The notes: generated from the letters alone by a model not told the origin. A DNA stretch of 64,000 nt from an uncultured bacterium (GCA_963980215.1 CAXBYZ010000002.1:1726-65725), one strand, 5' to 3'; positions 29,307 to 39,928 are shown, counted from the stretch's first letter. Translations and numbers: made by a program.

Positions 29307-30371
29307 TTAAAATGGTTTCCCGGTAATATATGCCAAAGCCTTCCCAGCATACCAACTAACCCCTCTTTTCACCAACACTTTATCCATCCAGTTGTCATCA
29401 CTCATCAAATGCTTCTTAACCCATCTTCTTTTCCGCCACAACTTACCCAAATTACCAATCCACCAACCCGTTGCTCTTTCAATAGCCCACACATGATTGA
29501 TTTTACCTTTAATTAAAAACAAAAACTCCAGCCCCACCCAACCCACCGCTACACCAACCAACATTTGCCACTTTTTTAAACCCTCCCCATTCTTAAACAC
29601 CGTCATCGCTTGGTTTCTACACGCCAAGTACACCTGCTGATAATCCGTCTCTCTGGGGATCGGCTTAAGTTTGGTTCCATAAGCATGCTCCACTACCCCC
29701 ATCCACAAAAACCTTACCTCATATCCACTCTTCCACACTCTCCAAAACAAATCCGGCTCCTCCCAATAGTACACATAATCCTCATCCAAACCTCCAACTT
29801 TATAAAACACATCTTTTCGCACCACCATGCCCGCTCCCTTGCCAGAAAAAATTGCATCATCGCTATCAAACTGCCCCTCATCTTTTGCCTCTCTGGCTCT
29901 CTCCACCAAAAACCCATTTAAAGTCACCAACTCCCCCGCACTATCATACTTTTTACTTCCAATCCGTAGTAACTTCAACTGTCCCGCTCCAACCCTGGGA
30001 TGTCTATCTAAATACTTCACCACTCTATCCAAGCCCTCTCCCAACTTAGTATCATTATCCAAAAAGACCAAGTACTTTCCCCTGGCCACTCTAGCCCCAA
30101 CATTCCTAGCTTTACTCGGATTACCTTCCTGAATCTGTAGCAACTTAACAGGTTTATTCTTTAACCATCTCCTTACTCTATCTGCTTTATCAAAATCCAA
30201 CCCATTATTAATCACAATTATTTCTGCTTTTTCCACCTCCGAGGTGGTGTTGCGCCTGTGGCACACCTCGGAGGTGTGGTTAAGCACAGATTTCACCGTC
30301 TCTTTGAATAACGAGTCCCAGCGATGATTGGCAATAATTATCGACACCCTTACAACCATCTTCGTCTCCAC
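29307..30371 (-). CDS. GT2 glycosyltransferase
   Basis: ARNVGA, FLDNDT, GGLDEDY, EEPDL. Confidence 0.85.
   Translation of the reverse strand: METKMVVRVSIIIANHRWDSLFKETVKSVLNHTSEVCHRRNTTSEVEKAEIIVINNGLDFDKADRVRRWLKNKPVKLLQIQEGNPSKARNVGARVARGKYLVFLDNDTKLGEGLDRVVKYLDRHPRVGAGQLKLLRIGSKKYDSAGELVTLNGFLVERAREAKDEGQFDSDDAIFSGKGAGMVVRKDVFYKVGGLDEDYVYYWEEPDLFWRVWKSGYEVRFLWMGVVEHAYGTKLKPIPRETDYQQVYLACRNQAMTVFKNGEGLKKWQMLVGVAVGWVGLEFLFLIKGKINHVWAIERATGWWIGNLGKLWRKRRWVKKHLMSDDNWMDKVLVKRGVSWYAGKALAYITGKPF
30233..30278. repeat. Composite family C element inside GT2
   Basis: ccacctccgaggtgg-tgttgcgcctgtgg-cacacctcggaggtgtg. Confidence 0.88.
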
Positions 30372-31090
30372 TTTAAATAATTTCTCACTCTCTCCAAAAT
30401 CTTTCGTCGATCCACATAAACTCCACCCTGACTAACCTCATGTCTCAAACGAACCCCCCGACTCCACACTAACCTAATCCCAAGCTCCTTTACCCTCATC
30501 GCCAAATCCAGTTCACACCACTCGGCCGTACCCTTATAACCCTTATCAAAGCCACCCACTCTCTTTACCAACTCCCGCCTCAAACACATATTACACGCCT
30601 CCAAGTAATCCACTTCCCACAAACCCTTCAACTTCAAACAACTCTTAAAGTTTGATCCCGGCGACCACCAACCATTACTATAAATTCTCCCCACATCACT
30701 TGGTCGACCTTGCAAAACCCACTTAACCCACACTTTAGCCAAAAAGTCATCCCGACCATACCACCAAAACACCAACCGATTATTCAGTAACTTCTCCGGC
30801 ACCAGAGTCGGCCCGGAGACTCCCCCCACCTTCGGATCTTCATCAAAAATCTTCACCAAATTCTTAGCCCAATTTTTACTCAAAACCACATCGTCATCAA
30901 TCCATGCCACCAACTCCCCCTTGGCTCGCCGCCACCCCAAATCCCGGGCTCTTGCCAGCGGCCTTTCTTTGACTACCACCAACTCCCAGTCAGAAAAACT
31001 CTGAGCCTCTAAACTTTTAACCGTTTTTTTTAAACTCTCCGGCCGCCCCCCCGAACAAATAATTACAGACAACTTGACCATAATCTCCAT
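30350..31090 (-). CDS. GT2 glycosyltransferase
   Basis: ARDLG, WIDDD, GGFD, ELDL. Confidence 0.85.
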   Translation of the reverse strand: MEIMVKLSVIICSGGRPESLKKTVKSLEAQSFSDWELVVVKERPLARARDLGWRRAKGELVAWIDDDVVLSKNWAKNLVKIFDEDPKVGGVSGPTLVPEKLLNNRLVFWWYGRDDFLAKVWVKWVLQGRPSDVGRIYSNGWWSPGSNFKSCLKLKGLWEVDYLEACNMCLRRELVKRVGGFDKGYKGTAEWCELDLAMRVKELGIRLVWSRGVRLRHEVSQGGVYVDRRKILERVRNYLKWRRRWL

Positions 31091-31113
31091 TTTATACTAA
31101 ACTGGTTATTAGC

Positions 31114-31584
31114 ATGAAACGACTGCTCGTCTTACTAAGCTTCTTGACTCTAACTTCCCCCGTTTTTGCTTCCGGTTTTCAGCTTAAAAACATTGGTGGT
31201 TTAGATACAAAAGGCATGGCTTACACCGAATGGTGGTACTCCACCGAAAACCCTTCCCTGTCTGGTATTACTTCAGTTGGTGACTCAGTCTCTGTCACTA
31301 TCGACGGCACTGCTAGCTCTGCAACTGTAGATGCTTCCGGAAACTGGAGTTACAACCCTACTACTCTCACCGCCGGCGACCACACTGTTTCTATTACCGG
31401 CGGCGCTGGCTCCACTTCATTTACTCTTCATGTTGGCTCAAGTATTCCCAGCAATGTCTCTGCACCCACCGACTCTGACATGCCCGTAGCTGGAATCATT
31501 GACAACACCATCGGACTCTGGCTCATTGGTGGCTTGCTTCTAGTCACTGGCATCTTCGTCATTCCCAACAAAATCAACTCTTAA
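31114..31584 (+). CDS. Exported Ig-like protein with C-terminal membrane anchor
   Basis: Signal peptide; VDASGNWSY...LTAGDHTVSI; MPVAG plus TM. Confidence 0.7.
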   Translation: MKRLLVLLSFLTLTSPVFASGFQLKNIGGLDTKGMAYTEWWYSTENPSLSGITSVGDSVSVTIDGTASSATVDASGNWSYNPTTLTAGDHTVSITGGAGSTSFTLHVGSSIPSNVSAPTDSDMPVAGIIDNTIGLWLIGGLLLVTGIFVIPNKINS

Positions 31585-32636
31585 ACCAACTCCTCAAACA
31601 TCTCCTCATAATTTTTAGCTATCCTCTCCCAACCAAACCTCTCCAACCACCTCTCTCTTTCCCGCCTCTGTGTAACAAAGGTCCGACCTTTGTTACAAGC
31701 CTGCTCCAATTTTTTTGAGTACTCCTCACCCCAAACATCTTTCACATAAATTCCAAACTCTCCCAACAACTCCCGACGAAGCTCATCATCAGTCACTACC
31801 ATTGGTAATCCACTTGCCAAGGCTTCCAAATTCACAATCCCAAACTCCTCTGTACTCTCTGATACCATCGTAAATACGTCACACGCTCTATACACCTGAT
31901 CCAAATCTTTGTACTCCACTTTCATTCTCAAAAACCTCTTACCTAATAATCGTTTCCCCAACTTCTCCATCTCATCACTCCCACCAACCAGCAACAAACT
32001 AGCTTCCTTAACTTTGACCATCGCTTTTATCGTCGCCTCCACTCGCTTATACCTATCCGGCCCAGCCACACACAAAACTACTGCCTTAGTCTCGCGACGA
32101 AGCTTTTCCAGAGATTCACTTTTCAACCTCTTTCCCTCCGGACTAAATCTTTTCAAATCCACTCCATGAGGAGCAATCTCAATCTTTACTCCCTTACTAT
32201 ATTTTCTAGCCCACTTAGCGTTTCGCTTGGTTGAAGCCACAAACACATCCGGTCGCATCAATAAGTTCCAGCGATCACACCAACCCAAACCAGCCAATCC
32301 CGGAATTACCAACTTTATCCCCGTTAACCAACTATACAATCGGCAAAGCAAACTCTGCCAACCCCCATTCACCGGAATTAAAAAATCTACCTCACCAACT
32401 TTTTTCAACGCTTTCACCGTAAACCAAAAAATCTTCAAGTGATAATAATCCAGCATCAACATTCTCCAACTATTCCCTTTAGTCATCTTTTCCCAATCTA
32501 CTTTCATTCCCAAACTCTCTGCACTTATCACCTGAACTTCATGTCTCTTTTTCCATTCTTGCTCCAACTCCCTCACCACCGTTTCCACTCCTCGGCTAAT
32601 CTGTCCGCTAGTAAAACTTAAAACCGCTATCTTCAT
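31581..32636 (-). CDS. GT4 glycosyltransferase
   Basis: HGVDLKRF, EEFGIVNLEALASGLP. Confidence 0.88.
   Translation of the reverse strand: MKIAVLSFTSGQISRGVETVVRELEQEWKKRHEVQVISAESLGMKVDWEKMTKGNSWRMLMLDYYHLKIFWFTVKALKKVGEVDFLIPVNGGWQSLLCRLYSWLTGIKLVIPGLAGLGWCDRWNLLMRPDVFVASTKRNAKWARKYSKGVKIEIAPHGVDLKRFSPEGKRLKSESLEKLRRETKAVVLCVAGPDRYKRVEATIKAMVKVKEASLLLVGGSDEMEKLGKRLLGKRFLRMKVEYKDLDQVYRACDVFTMVSESTEEFGIVNLEALASGLPMVVTDDELRRELLGEFGIYVKDVWGEEYSKKLEQACNKGRTFVTQRRERERWLERFGWERIAKNYEEMFEELV
31671..31697. repeat. Family B variant palindrome inside GT4
   Basis: tgtaacaaaggtc-c-gacctttgttaca. Confidence 0.9.
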
Positions 32637-33628
32637 ATCCTATAGTTAGTCAAGGTTCGTAACCTTGAGTAAATAACTGCCTTTGAATATATAAATACCA
32701 TACTAACACACACCAGCGGATGCCAGAACCAAGCAATATCTGGCTTAGATATATATCCAAAAAAAGACTCCAGTATCGGCCCAATAAAAGTTATAGAGTA
32801 AATACAATATCCAATTACTTTAATCACATCCTTAAAATCTCGCACCCAAACAAAACGCCGAATCTTCCTTTGCTCCAAGTAAAGCTTGGTCATGTACTTA
32901 TAACGCTTCCTTAGTGACTTTAAAAAGCTCTCACCAGTGTCGTGAACAATCGTATTTTTCACCACTCCAAACTTATCTTCTCCCATACTAACCAAGTCCC
33001 AAAACACATCTATATGCGAAAAATTCTTCTCACTTACCTTCGCTTTCATTAGCTTCTCCCGCCACACCAAAACTCCGTTATCTCCCAAAGTTGGCATGCT
33101 ATCTTTACTAAACTTCACTCTCCACCAACTTCCTTTATCCTCCACTCTGCCCGCCAACCTCCATTTCTCACTCCCCCAACTTTGACGGTCAGCTCGACCC
33201 ATAAACTTGGCCACCGGATCGTTAGCTCCCATCAAGGCATAGTAGCGATTCAAGCTAGTGTCGGTTTTTCTCACTTCATACCGCCAGGGATAAACTGCCA
33301 CTAACTTAGGCTCACTTTCAAGCACCTTAACCATCTTTGATAGCCAATCTTTAGTTGGCAGTACATTATCACTAGCTATCAATAAAATCAGCTCGCCCTT
33401 TGCCTGCCTTAAACCAGTTGCTTTAGCAGATTCGGGATTACCAGTCTTCTCGCTCACCACTTTACAACCATACTTCTTCAACACTTCCACCGTCCCATCA
33501 TCAGATCCACCATCGGCCACTATTATCTCTACCTCACCCACATAATCTTGCTCCCTCACAATCTTCAAACAGGCCTCAACCGTTCTAATACTATTAAACG
33601 TCGGCATCACCACACTAATAGATCTCAT
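32633..33628 (-). CDS. GT2 glycosyltransferase
   Basis: SVVMPTFN, DGGSDDGT, ASDN. Confidence 0.85.
   Translation of the reverse strand: MRSISVVMPTFNSIRTVEACLKIVREQDYVGEVEIIVADGGSDDGTVEVLKKYGCKVVSEKTGNPESAKATGLRQAKGELILLIASDNVLPTKDWLSKMVKVLESEPKLVAVYPWRYEVRKTDTSLNRYYALMGANDPVAKFMGRADRQSWGSEKWRLAGRVEDKGSWWRVKFSKDSMPTLGDNGVLVWREKLMKAKVSEKNFSHIDVFWDLVSMGEDKFGVVKNTIVHDTGESFLKSLRKRYKYMTKLYLEQRKIRRFVWVRDFKDVIKVIGYCIYSITFIGPILESFFGYISKPDIAWFWHPLVCVSMVFIYSKAVIYSRLRTLTNYRI
32639..32670. repeat. Family A palindrome with flank; 31/32 identical to 36943-36974
   Basis: cctatagttagtcaaggttcgtaaccttgagt forms the 3' end of the GT2 gene. Confidence 0.88.
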
Positions 33629-33651
33629 ATCTACATAGTATACTATTCCCA

Positions 33652-34860
33652 ATGATCTTCAAATCCACCCTTATCATCTTTGCTACCAACACTATTGCTC
33701 ACTTTTTAAACTACCTCTACCATTTTATTGCCGGTAGATTTTTATCCCCCGACCAATTTGGCTTGCTGGAAAGCTTTGTAGCTTTAAATTATCTCCTAGC
33801 CGTCGTCATCTCCGCTTTCTCTCTCTCAATCATCCACCAACTAAGCCTCACCAAAAAATCTCATCAACCAACTCTCATCAACCAACTCCAAACCTTCAGC
33901 CTCAAGCTCACTTTGGTTGTTTGGTCAATCACTCTCCTGTTTTTCCCTCTCTTAAAACGCTTGCTTCACTTTAATAACCCCTACCTCCTCTTCCTCTTCT
34001 CTCTCCAAATCCTCTTTAGTTTTACTCCCACCCTCTACCTCTCGTTTCTCCAAGCCAAACTAAAATTTACCAAATATAGCCTAGTTAACCTCCTCTCACC
34101 TCTAGTAAAAACTCTTTCAAGTCTCATTCTTTTTTTTCTAGGTTTCAAAGTCTCCGGCGCTCTCACCGGCCTCTTTCTAGCTAGTCTTATCCCTGCCATT
34201 TTTAGCTACCAACTGGTCAAACCCCACTTACCCAAGCATCAACAAAAACCTCCTCTTCCTCTCCCCCCATCTTTTTTTAAGTTCGGCCTGACCGCTTTTA
34301 TTGTCAACCTCTCCCTCACTTCTCTCTACACTTCAGACGTCCTGCTGGTCCGATTTTTTATCTCTCACCAAAGTGGCCTCTACGCCGCTGCTTCCGTCCT
34401 CTCTAAGATCATCTTCTTTGTCTCCGCCTCGGTTCTCACCGTCACCTTCCCCGTCTTCACTCTTCAGACTAACAATCTAAACAAGCTTAAAACCAGCTTT
34501 AAAAATGCCTTTTTCTTAATCTCCATTATTGCCTTTCTCGGAGTCATCGTCTACCAAACCTATCCTCATCTAGTCATCAAATTATTCTCCAGCTCCGAAT
34601 ACACCCTAGCCACCACCCTCCTTCCCGGCTTCTCTCTCTTTATTTTTTTCTTCACTCTCTTTAATTTATCTACTCAGCTTCTCCTTATCTTAAATAAACG
34701 CTTGGCCATTCTAACCACTCTCATCCCCGCTATCTTTCAAGTCATCCTCATTTTTCTCTTTCACCAAAACCTATTCCAAGTCATCACTAACTCCATTATT
34801 ACTACTCTTTTTGGTCTCACCCTCTCCTTGATTTTTATTCTCAAGTTGTTATATATTTAA
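33652..34860 (+). CDS. Oligosaccharide flippase (Wzx/MOP family)
   Basis: About 12 TM; NYLYH...RFLSPDQFG, DVLLVRFF, GLYAAA. Confidence 0.82.
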   Translation: MIFKSTLIIFATNTIAHFLNYLYHFIAGRFLSPDQFGLLESFVALNYLLAVVISAFSLSIIHQLSLTKKSHQPTLINQLQTFSLKLTLVVWSITLLFFPLLKRLLHFNNPYLLFLFSLQILFSFTPTLYLSFLQAKLKFTKYSLVNLLSPLVKTLSSLILFFLGFKVSGALTGLFLASLIPAIFSYQLVKPHLPKHQQKPPLPLPPSFFKFGLTAFIVNLSLTSLYTSDVLLVRFFISHQSGLYAAASVLSKIIFFVSASVLTVTFPVFTLQTNNLNKLKTSFKNAFFLISIIAFLGVIVYQTYPHLVIKLFSSSEYTLATTLLPGFSLFIFFFTLFNLSTQLLLILNKRLAILTTLIPAIFQVILIFLFHQNLFQVITNSIITTLFGLTLSLIFILKLLYI

Positions 34861-34956
34861 TCAATACCCACCTTCACTCAAGAACCATACCAAGCTCCCT
34901 CTACTTTAGAAAAAGTTCTAAAGCCCAGTCTTCTCGTTCCTCTTTTTCTTGGCACT

Positions 34957-35610
34957 TTGGTCCTCTATCTTATCTACTTCTTTACCCCTTCAAGCATTAC
35001 TGCCCTAATCCCCAATCCTTTCTCAAAAAAATCTACCATCACTGTTTTAGGCACCGGCACTGTCAAAGCCACTCCTGATACCGCCCAGTTTGCCATCACC
35101 GTGGCCGCCACCGGCAATGACTCTAATCAATCTTTAAGCAACGCCAAAACCAAGGTTAACTCTCTAATCGATTCTCTCAAAAATAAAGGCTTAACCGATT
35201 CAGACTTTCAAGTAGCCGCCTACAATGCCACTTCTACTCCTACAACTGATAAACTCATCTACGCAGCCGGCACTACTATCTTAGTCACTTCCCCCGATCT
35301 CAATCTAGCTGAAGACTTGATCAACACCTCTCTTTCCGCCGGAGCTAGACTCAGTATCCCTCTTACCTACACCGTCAATTCCGTCGATAAAGTATCTTAC
35401 GAGAAAAAAGCCCGAGACGAGGCTGTCAAAAACGCCAACCAAAAAGCCCAAAACATTGCCACCGCCTACCACAAACAACTAGGTAAAATGATCGCTTACA
35501 CCGAAAACCCCTCCACCCAAGGTAGTCTTTCCGACTCTTCCTCATCTTCCTCCCGCCCCGGCGAAATCGAAATTTCTCAAACAATTCAAGTAAGTTTTTA
35601 CACTAAGTAA
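34957..35610 (+). CDS. SIMPL (DUF541) domain protein; true start probably upstream
   Basis: ITVLGTGTVKATPD, ARDEAVKNANQKAQNIA...LG, PGEIEISQTIQVSF. Confidence 0.8.
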   Translation: MVLYLIYFFTPSSITALIPNPFSKKSTITVLGTGTVKATPDTAQFAITVAATGNDSNQSLSNAKTKVNSLIDSLKNKGLTDSDFQVAAYNATSTPTTDKLIYAAGTTILVTSPDLNLAEDLINTSLSAGARLSIPLTYTVNSVDKVSYEKKARDEAVKNANQKAQNIATAYHKQLGKMIAYTENPSTQGSLSDSSSSSSRPGEIEISQTIQVSFYTK

Positions 35611-36342
35611 CTAATTCCTACTTATCTCATCTTTTAATAAACTTAAAAGCTCCGGCCGAATTTGTTGAATGGTTTTATTCAGCACACTCACTGGTAATAA
35701 TGGATTCAAGTCTTGGTTTAATACTTTATCGGTCACTCGCCTCTCCAGAAACTCAACCACTTTATCCAGGTACTTCACATAGCTCATCTTGGTAGAATTC
35801 TCAACTACAGCTTGATTCACTGGTAATCCATTCAAGAAAAAATACCATAGATCATAAAAATCTCTACCGGCTATTTTATTAGTTTTTTCAAATCTAGCTA
35901 AACTAGCCACCAACTTATTAGCCACCATAGTCCCTAATGTATGACCGGAACAGTACATATTAATTTCTTTCAAATGAATTTTCTCATAAGTATTTTTTAT
36001 ACTCGGTTTGTCGTTAATCTCTAATTTAATCGTATTCCTCTCACCAGCCTTTGCTTCATACCTTAAAAAAAACTGCAAGTATTTTTTACTCTCATCTTTA
36101 ATTTGAAAACCCAATTTATCAAATATCCGGTAGCAAGCCTGCCTCACCTGTTTCTTTTTACTTTTATCAGGCAGGTCAAAATCAAGATCAACAGAAAACC
36201 GATCCAACACTCCCCTCAAAGCCGCGTAGGTCCCTCCCTTAAACTGCAAACATAAACGCAAATCCTTATTGCAAAGTATCTCTCTTAGTAATCTCAACAT
36301 CACCAATTTATGTTGAGCATCTTTTGGTTGTGGCAAAATCAT
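35611..36342 (-). CDS. AbiEii-family nucleotidyltransferase toxin
   Basis: FKGGT, RFSVDLDF, K...RDFYDL. Confidence 0.88.
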   Translation of the reverse strand: MILPQPKDAQHKLVMLRLLREILCNKDLRLCLQFKGGTYAALRGVLDRFSVDLDFDLPDKSKKKQVRQACYRIFDKLGFQIKDESKKYLQFFLRYEAKAGERNTIKLEINDKPSIKNTYEKIHLKEINMYCSGHTLGTMVANKLVASLARFEKTNKIAGRDFYDLWYFFLNGLPVNQAVVENSTKMSYVKYLDKVVEFLERRVTDKVLNQDLNPLLPVSVLNKTIQQIRPELLSLLKDEISRN

Positions 36343-36890
36343 AAATAACCTACCTCTCTCTGCATGGTTTTCAATTTATCTTTTCTGATAACTAATTGGT
36401 TATCCACATAGTAATTAGGGTTAGCCCTCAACAAATCTGCCAAAGCCCGCTCCCCACTCGCCACACTAAAAGTCTTACCATCATTAATCCCCGCCCGGTT
36501 CATTAAAAATCTTGGATTTAAATACCTACACAAAAAACTATTCCCACCTAGCTCAAACTCTTTGGCTTTCTGACCGAATAAAGTTATTTTATTCACCTGT
36601 TGCTGGATTATTCCCTCTTTAACTAAAATCGTCTCACCACTAATGTAGCTATGAGGCCCACTGACTGCACAACCCAACTCAAGCAGATCAAGCTTATTTA
36701 GGGGCAAGACGCTATACATGCCTCGCTGAACCGGATAAAGAATCTTTCGTTTTATATATCTTTGAATCGTCATCCACAAACTATTCTCATTCTCAATCTC
36801 CCACAACACTCCCAAATCCCCTGTTCTAAAGATTTTCTTCTCCTGCTCCAACAAAATCTTTTGATAGTTTGTATTTCTCTTATTATACAT
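36339..36890 (-). CDS. AbiEi-family antitoxin
   Basis: RGMY, SYISGETIL...GII, VASGERALADL; directly upstream of the toxin. Confidence 0.8.
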   Translation of the reverse strand: MYNKRNTNYQKILLEQEKKIFRTGDLGVLWEIENENSLWMTIQRYIKRKILYPVQRGMYSVLPLNKLDLLELGCAVSGPHSYISGETILVKEGIIQQQVNKITLFGQKAKEFELGGNSFLCRYLNPRFLMNRAGINDGKTFSVASGERALADLLRANPNYYVDNQLVIRKDKLKTMQREVGYL

Positions 36891-36942
36891 ATAAGTATAT
36901 GATACGAAATACTTATCAAAATGTCAACCCACAACCTTCAAC

Positions 36943-37028
36943 CCTATAGTCAGTCAAGGTTCGTAACCTTGAGTTCTTCCCCCTGACAGGGACTGTCCCT
37001 GTCAACCTACAAGGATCATCCTTGTAGG
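36943..37028. repeat. Three different palindromes in tandem (intergenic)
   Basis: tcaaggtt-cgt-aaccttga (36954-36972), tgacagggac-t-gtccctgtca (36984-37004), cctacaaggat-c-atccttgtagg (37006-37028). Confidence 0.92.
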
Positions 37029-37035
37029 CTACAAT

Positions 37036-39054
37036 CTAAAAATCCCAAGCTGACGGATCTATTGCACGCTCAACAAAGTTTCCATTTCCATCAGGAACCA
37101 ATATAGGTAGAAATTGATTATCTAGCTTTTTCACTGAATCCAAAGTTAATACTTGAATATCATTGGGAGTATCTGCAGTTCTAAAAGCCTGTAAAAATTC
37201 ATTAACAGTCTCATCGTAATAACCCCTCATTAGCTCAGGACTTAATCCTACTCTCTCCAATGCCCTCATGTCATCAGTCATTGCTCCAATTTCTTCTAGG
37301 GCATCCGCCATTACTCTACCGCTATCAAAATTAGTAGCCTGTGCACCAAACTCTAAAATATTATCTGTAACTCCACTCATCCCTCTTAGCAAATGATTTG
37401 TTTCATGATGAACTGTAGCCACTAAATCACTCGGAGCAAATAACTGACCATAATCCAATCCAATTGTTGCTTGGTTTAACCTCTGATTAGCACTTCCTGC
37501 AATATCCCCACTACTTGACCTCCTCTTTGCCAAGGCATTAGATATTCAACACTACCTCCAACCGCTTCAATTTCTCGAATGCGTGCAGAATTTTCAGCAG
37601 ACAATGAAATAATTCCCTTAACGTCCTTAGTTACACTAACCACATCTCCAACAGAACCTAAGGCATGTAAAGTTGTCACCCCCGCAGACAATGCACAGTC
37701 AAGATAATTATCTTCTCCAATATCTGAACAAACATCCACTGTTCTAGACACATTCACACCCGCTTCAATAGTGGACACCGCTGCATTTCCATACTGAAAT
37801 AAAGTGGGAATCGTCGCTCCAACAGTTCCAAAATAATATGAAGCGCCCCCAGTTATAAGTCCGGCAGATGCCAATCCTGCATCAACCAAAGACTGCTTAC
37901 ATGACTCTCTATCACTTGTACTAGATATATCTTCACATGCATTAACCGCTTCACGCACACTATAAATAGTATTAGCAGTATTTCCCAACATCATTAACTT
38001 TGCAGATCCTAAAGCTACCCCGCCATAAGCCACCCCCCCCAACCACTCCAGCAGTCACTGCCCCTCCAGCCACCGCATGTTGCCAATCCTCAAACCCTTG
38101 CTCACTACTCACTGCCGATTCCGGCAAGGGAATCGATCCATTACCCGCCAAACCTGTACCCTGATAACTCACTCCCAAATCTCCAGATATATCCAAACTA
38201 CCACTCACATTATTATTCCACCAATTACTAACTCCGTCTAAAAATGTATTCGCAGCCAACTGGGTATTTCTCGCCTCTTCCGCTGCTTTTTGTTCCGCCA
38301 ATAATCTCTGTTGAGCTACCGCCGCGGCTATCTCAGCCTGTGCGGTGGGATTGTTATCTGGACTTTGAGTGGTTGTGTATCTTGAAGTAGGTTTTTGATC
38401 TACCGCTTGGTTTTGAGCATAACCGGCCCATCTTTGAGCAGCTGCTTCGGCTACCCGATCCCGATTCTCTTCCTCTATCTGAACTCTATCGTCTTCTGAT
38501 AAATAACCGGATTGGTTTAGTCTATTGGTTGCTGCTTGAGCTGCCGCCGCGGCCGCTTCGGCTTCGGCTTTTTTTGCCTCCGCCACTACTCCTCCGGTAT
38601 CTACTGCTTCAGTCTTTGGAGTGGCCTTTGGGGTTGGCGTTGGATTTAACTCATTCTTTATCGAATCTTGAGCTTGTTGATCTAACATTCCCACCAACTC
38701 CTCCGAAACCGGACTTGTACTCGTAGTGGTCGAGGTGTTATTGGCTTCTCCATCTTCCGGATTTGCCCTCCTCTCCTCTCGTCTCTCTTTTAGAACTTGA
38801 GCAAAATCTTTTTCCACCTCTTCCTTACTCGCTTTTTTACCACTATTAGTTACTTGATCCCTTATCTTTTCTACTGTCTGATCATCAAAACCCGCCTTCT
38901 CCGCGATTCTAGCAAACCCCCGATTATCAAAACTTAAATTAGGATCAGTCACGTACTTAACTGTGGGAATCATCAAACCCACTAAGGCCACTAAAACCAC
39001 TACCGGTAAAAAAGCAAATCCTCCCGATCTTCGACTGGGCAGTTGAGTATTCAT
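37036..39054 (-). pseudogene. Prepilin-like exported protein with C-terminal HExxH metallopeptidase-like domain, split into three ORFs by two compensating frameshifts
   Basis: ORFs 37972..39054, 37476..38042 and 37036..37533 overlap; the first and third share a frame; G8 tract at 38033-38040; HHETNH...EE. Confidence 0.6.
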
Positions 39055-39713
39055 TCAATAATCTCCCCTTTAAGTTTACTCGCTTCCTGCTTAAAAAAAT
39101 CTACCAATTTTTCCTTATCCAAACTCTTCATCAAAATCGGATCATCCAAAAACTCGCCTACTCGACTCAACTGAGTCCCTAGCTGCAAACTATCAACATG
39201 CCAGTCAAACTTAATCTTTGCTAACTTTCTCAAATCGTCTATTCGATTATCAAGTTTTTCTAATATAAAAAACAAATCATAGTAATCTCTACCCCTTGGA
39301 TTTTGACTAATTGTGAATAACTTATCCACTCCAATATCCAATAAACTGTTAACCTTTAATCCGCCTTTACTCAAACCCGCCCCAATTCTTTTAAAGGGAA
39401 AATAAGTAAACTCTACTTTAAGAAAATCTTCTTTACCAAACCTCAACAAAAAAATATTCCGATTAAAACTAATCTGCAGATCTATTGTCTTATAGCCAAT
39501 TTTTTCCTTATTTTGCTTCAGCCAAGCACTAATCATTGAGGGCTCAAATTCATCTTCACAAAAAAAATCCAAATCCTCTGAAAATCTATGTTTTAAGTAA
39601 TACAAAGACAATGCCGTTCCACCAGTAAAGTAAAACTGATCAGCTAATTTAGAATCTGCTAGTAGTTTTAAAAACTTTTTTTGTCTTTTAACTACCTTTA
39701 ATTGCTTGACCAT
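39051..39713 (-). CDS. AbiEii/DUF1814 nucleotidyltransferase toxin
   Basis: YFTGGTAL...HRFSEDLDFF, K...RDYYDL. Confidence 0.88.
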   Translation of the reverse strand: MVKQLKVVKRQKKFLKLLADSKLADQFYFTGGTALSLYYLKHRFSEDLDFFCEDEFEPSMISAWLKQNKEKIGYKTIDLQISFNRNIFLLRFGKEDFLKVEFTYFPFKRIGAGLSKGGLKVNSLLDIGVDKLFTISQNPRGRDYYDLFFILEKLDNRIDDLRKLAKIKFDWHVDSLQLGTQLSRVGEFLDDPILMKSLDKEKLVDFFKQEASKLKGEIIE

Positions 39714-39904
39714 AATAAATTTTTTAAAAACCTTCTTTTATATTCATCAATATTTAGCCGATCCCAGTATTTTCTCAAACTTTTCTCTGACAATTTCTGA
39801 TCATTTAAACCAAAATTAATCATTTGCTCCAATTGAAAAACTTCAAAAGCTTCATGATTTTGCTTCAATCTCTTTGTATCTACCGACCAATTATACATAA
39901 GCAT
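39698..39904 (-). CDS. Small putative antitoxin
   Basis: MYNWS...LEQMINFGL...W..L.ID; overlaps the toxin start. Confidence 0.6.
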   Translation of the reverse strand: MLMYNWSVDTKRLKQNHEAFEVFQLEQMINFGLNDQKLSEKSLRKYWDRLNIDEYKRRFLKNLLWSSN

Positions 39905-39928
39905 ATTTTACCATTATAATTGACCCTA

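Noticed and set aside
27561-32621. Many short plus-strand ORFs antisense to the glycosyltransferases (also within leuS, atpD, comEA)
   Set aside because: Shadow ORFs opposite well-supported genes, favoured by the compositional skew; no motifs.
36943-37028. Possible mini CRISPR array
   Set aside because: The three hairpins differ in sequence and lack regular spacers.
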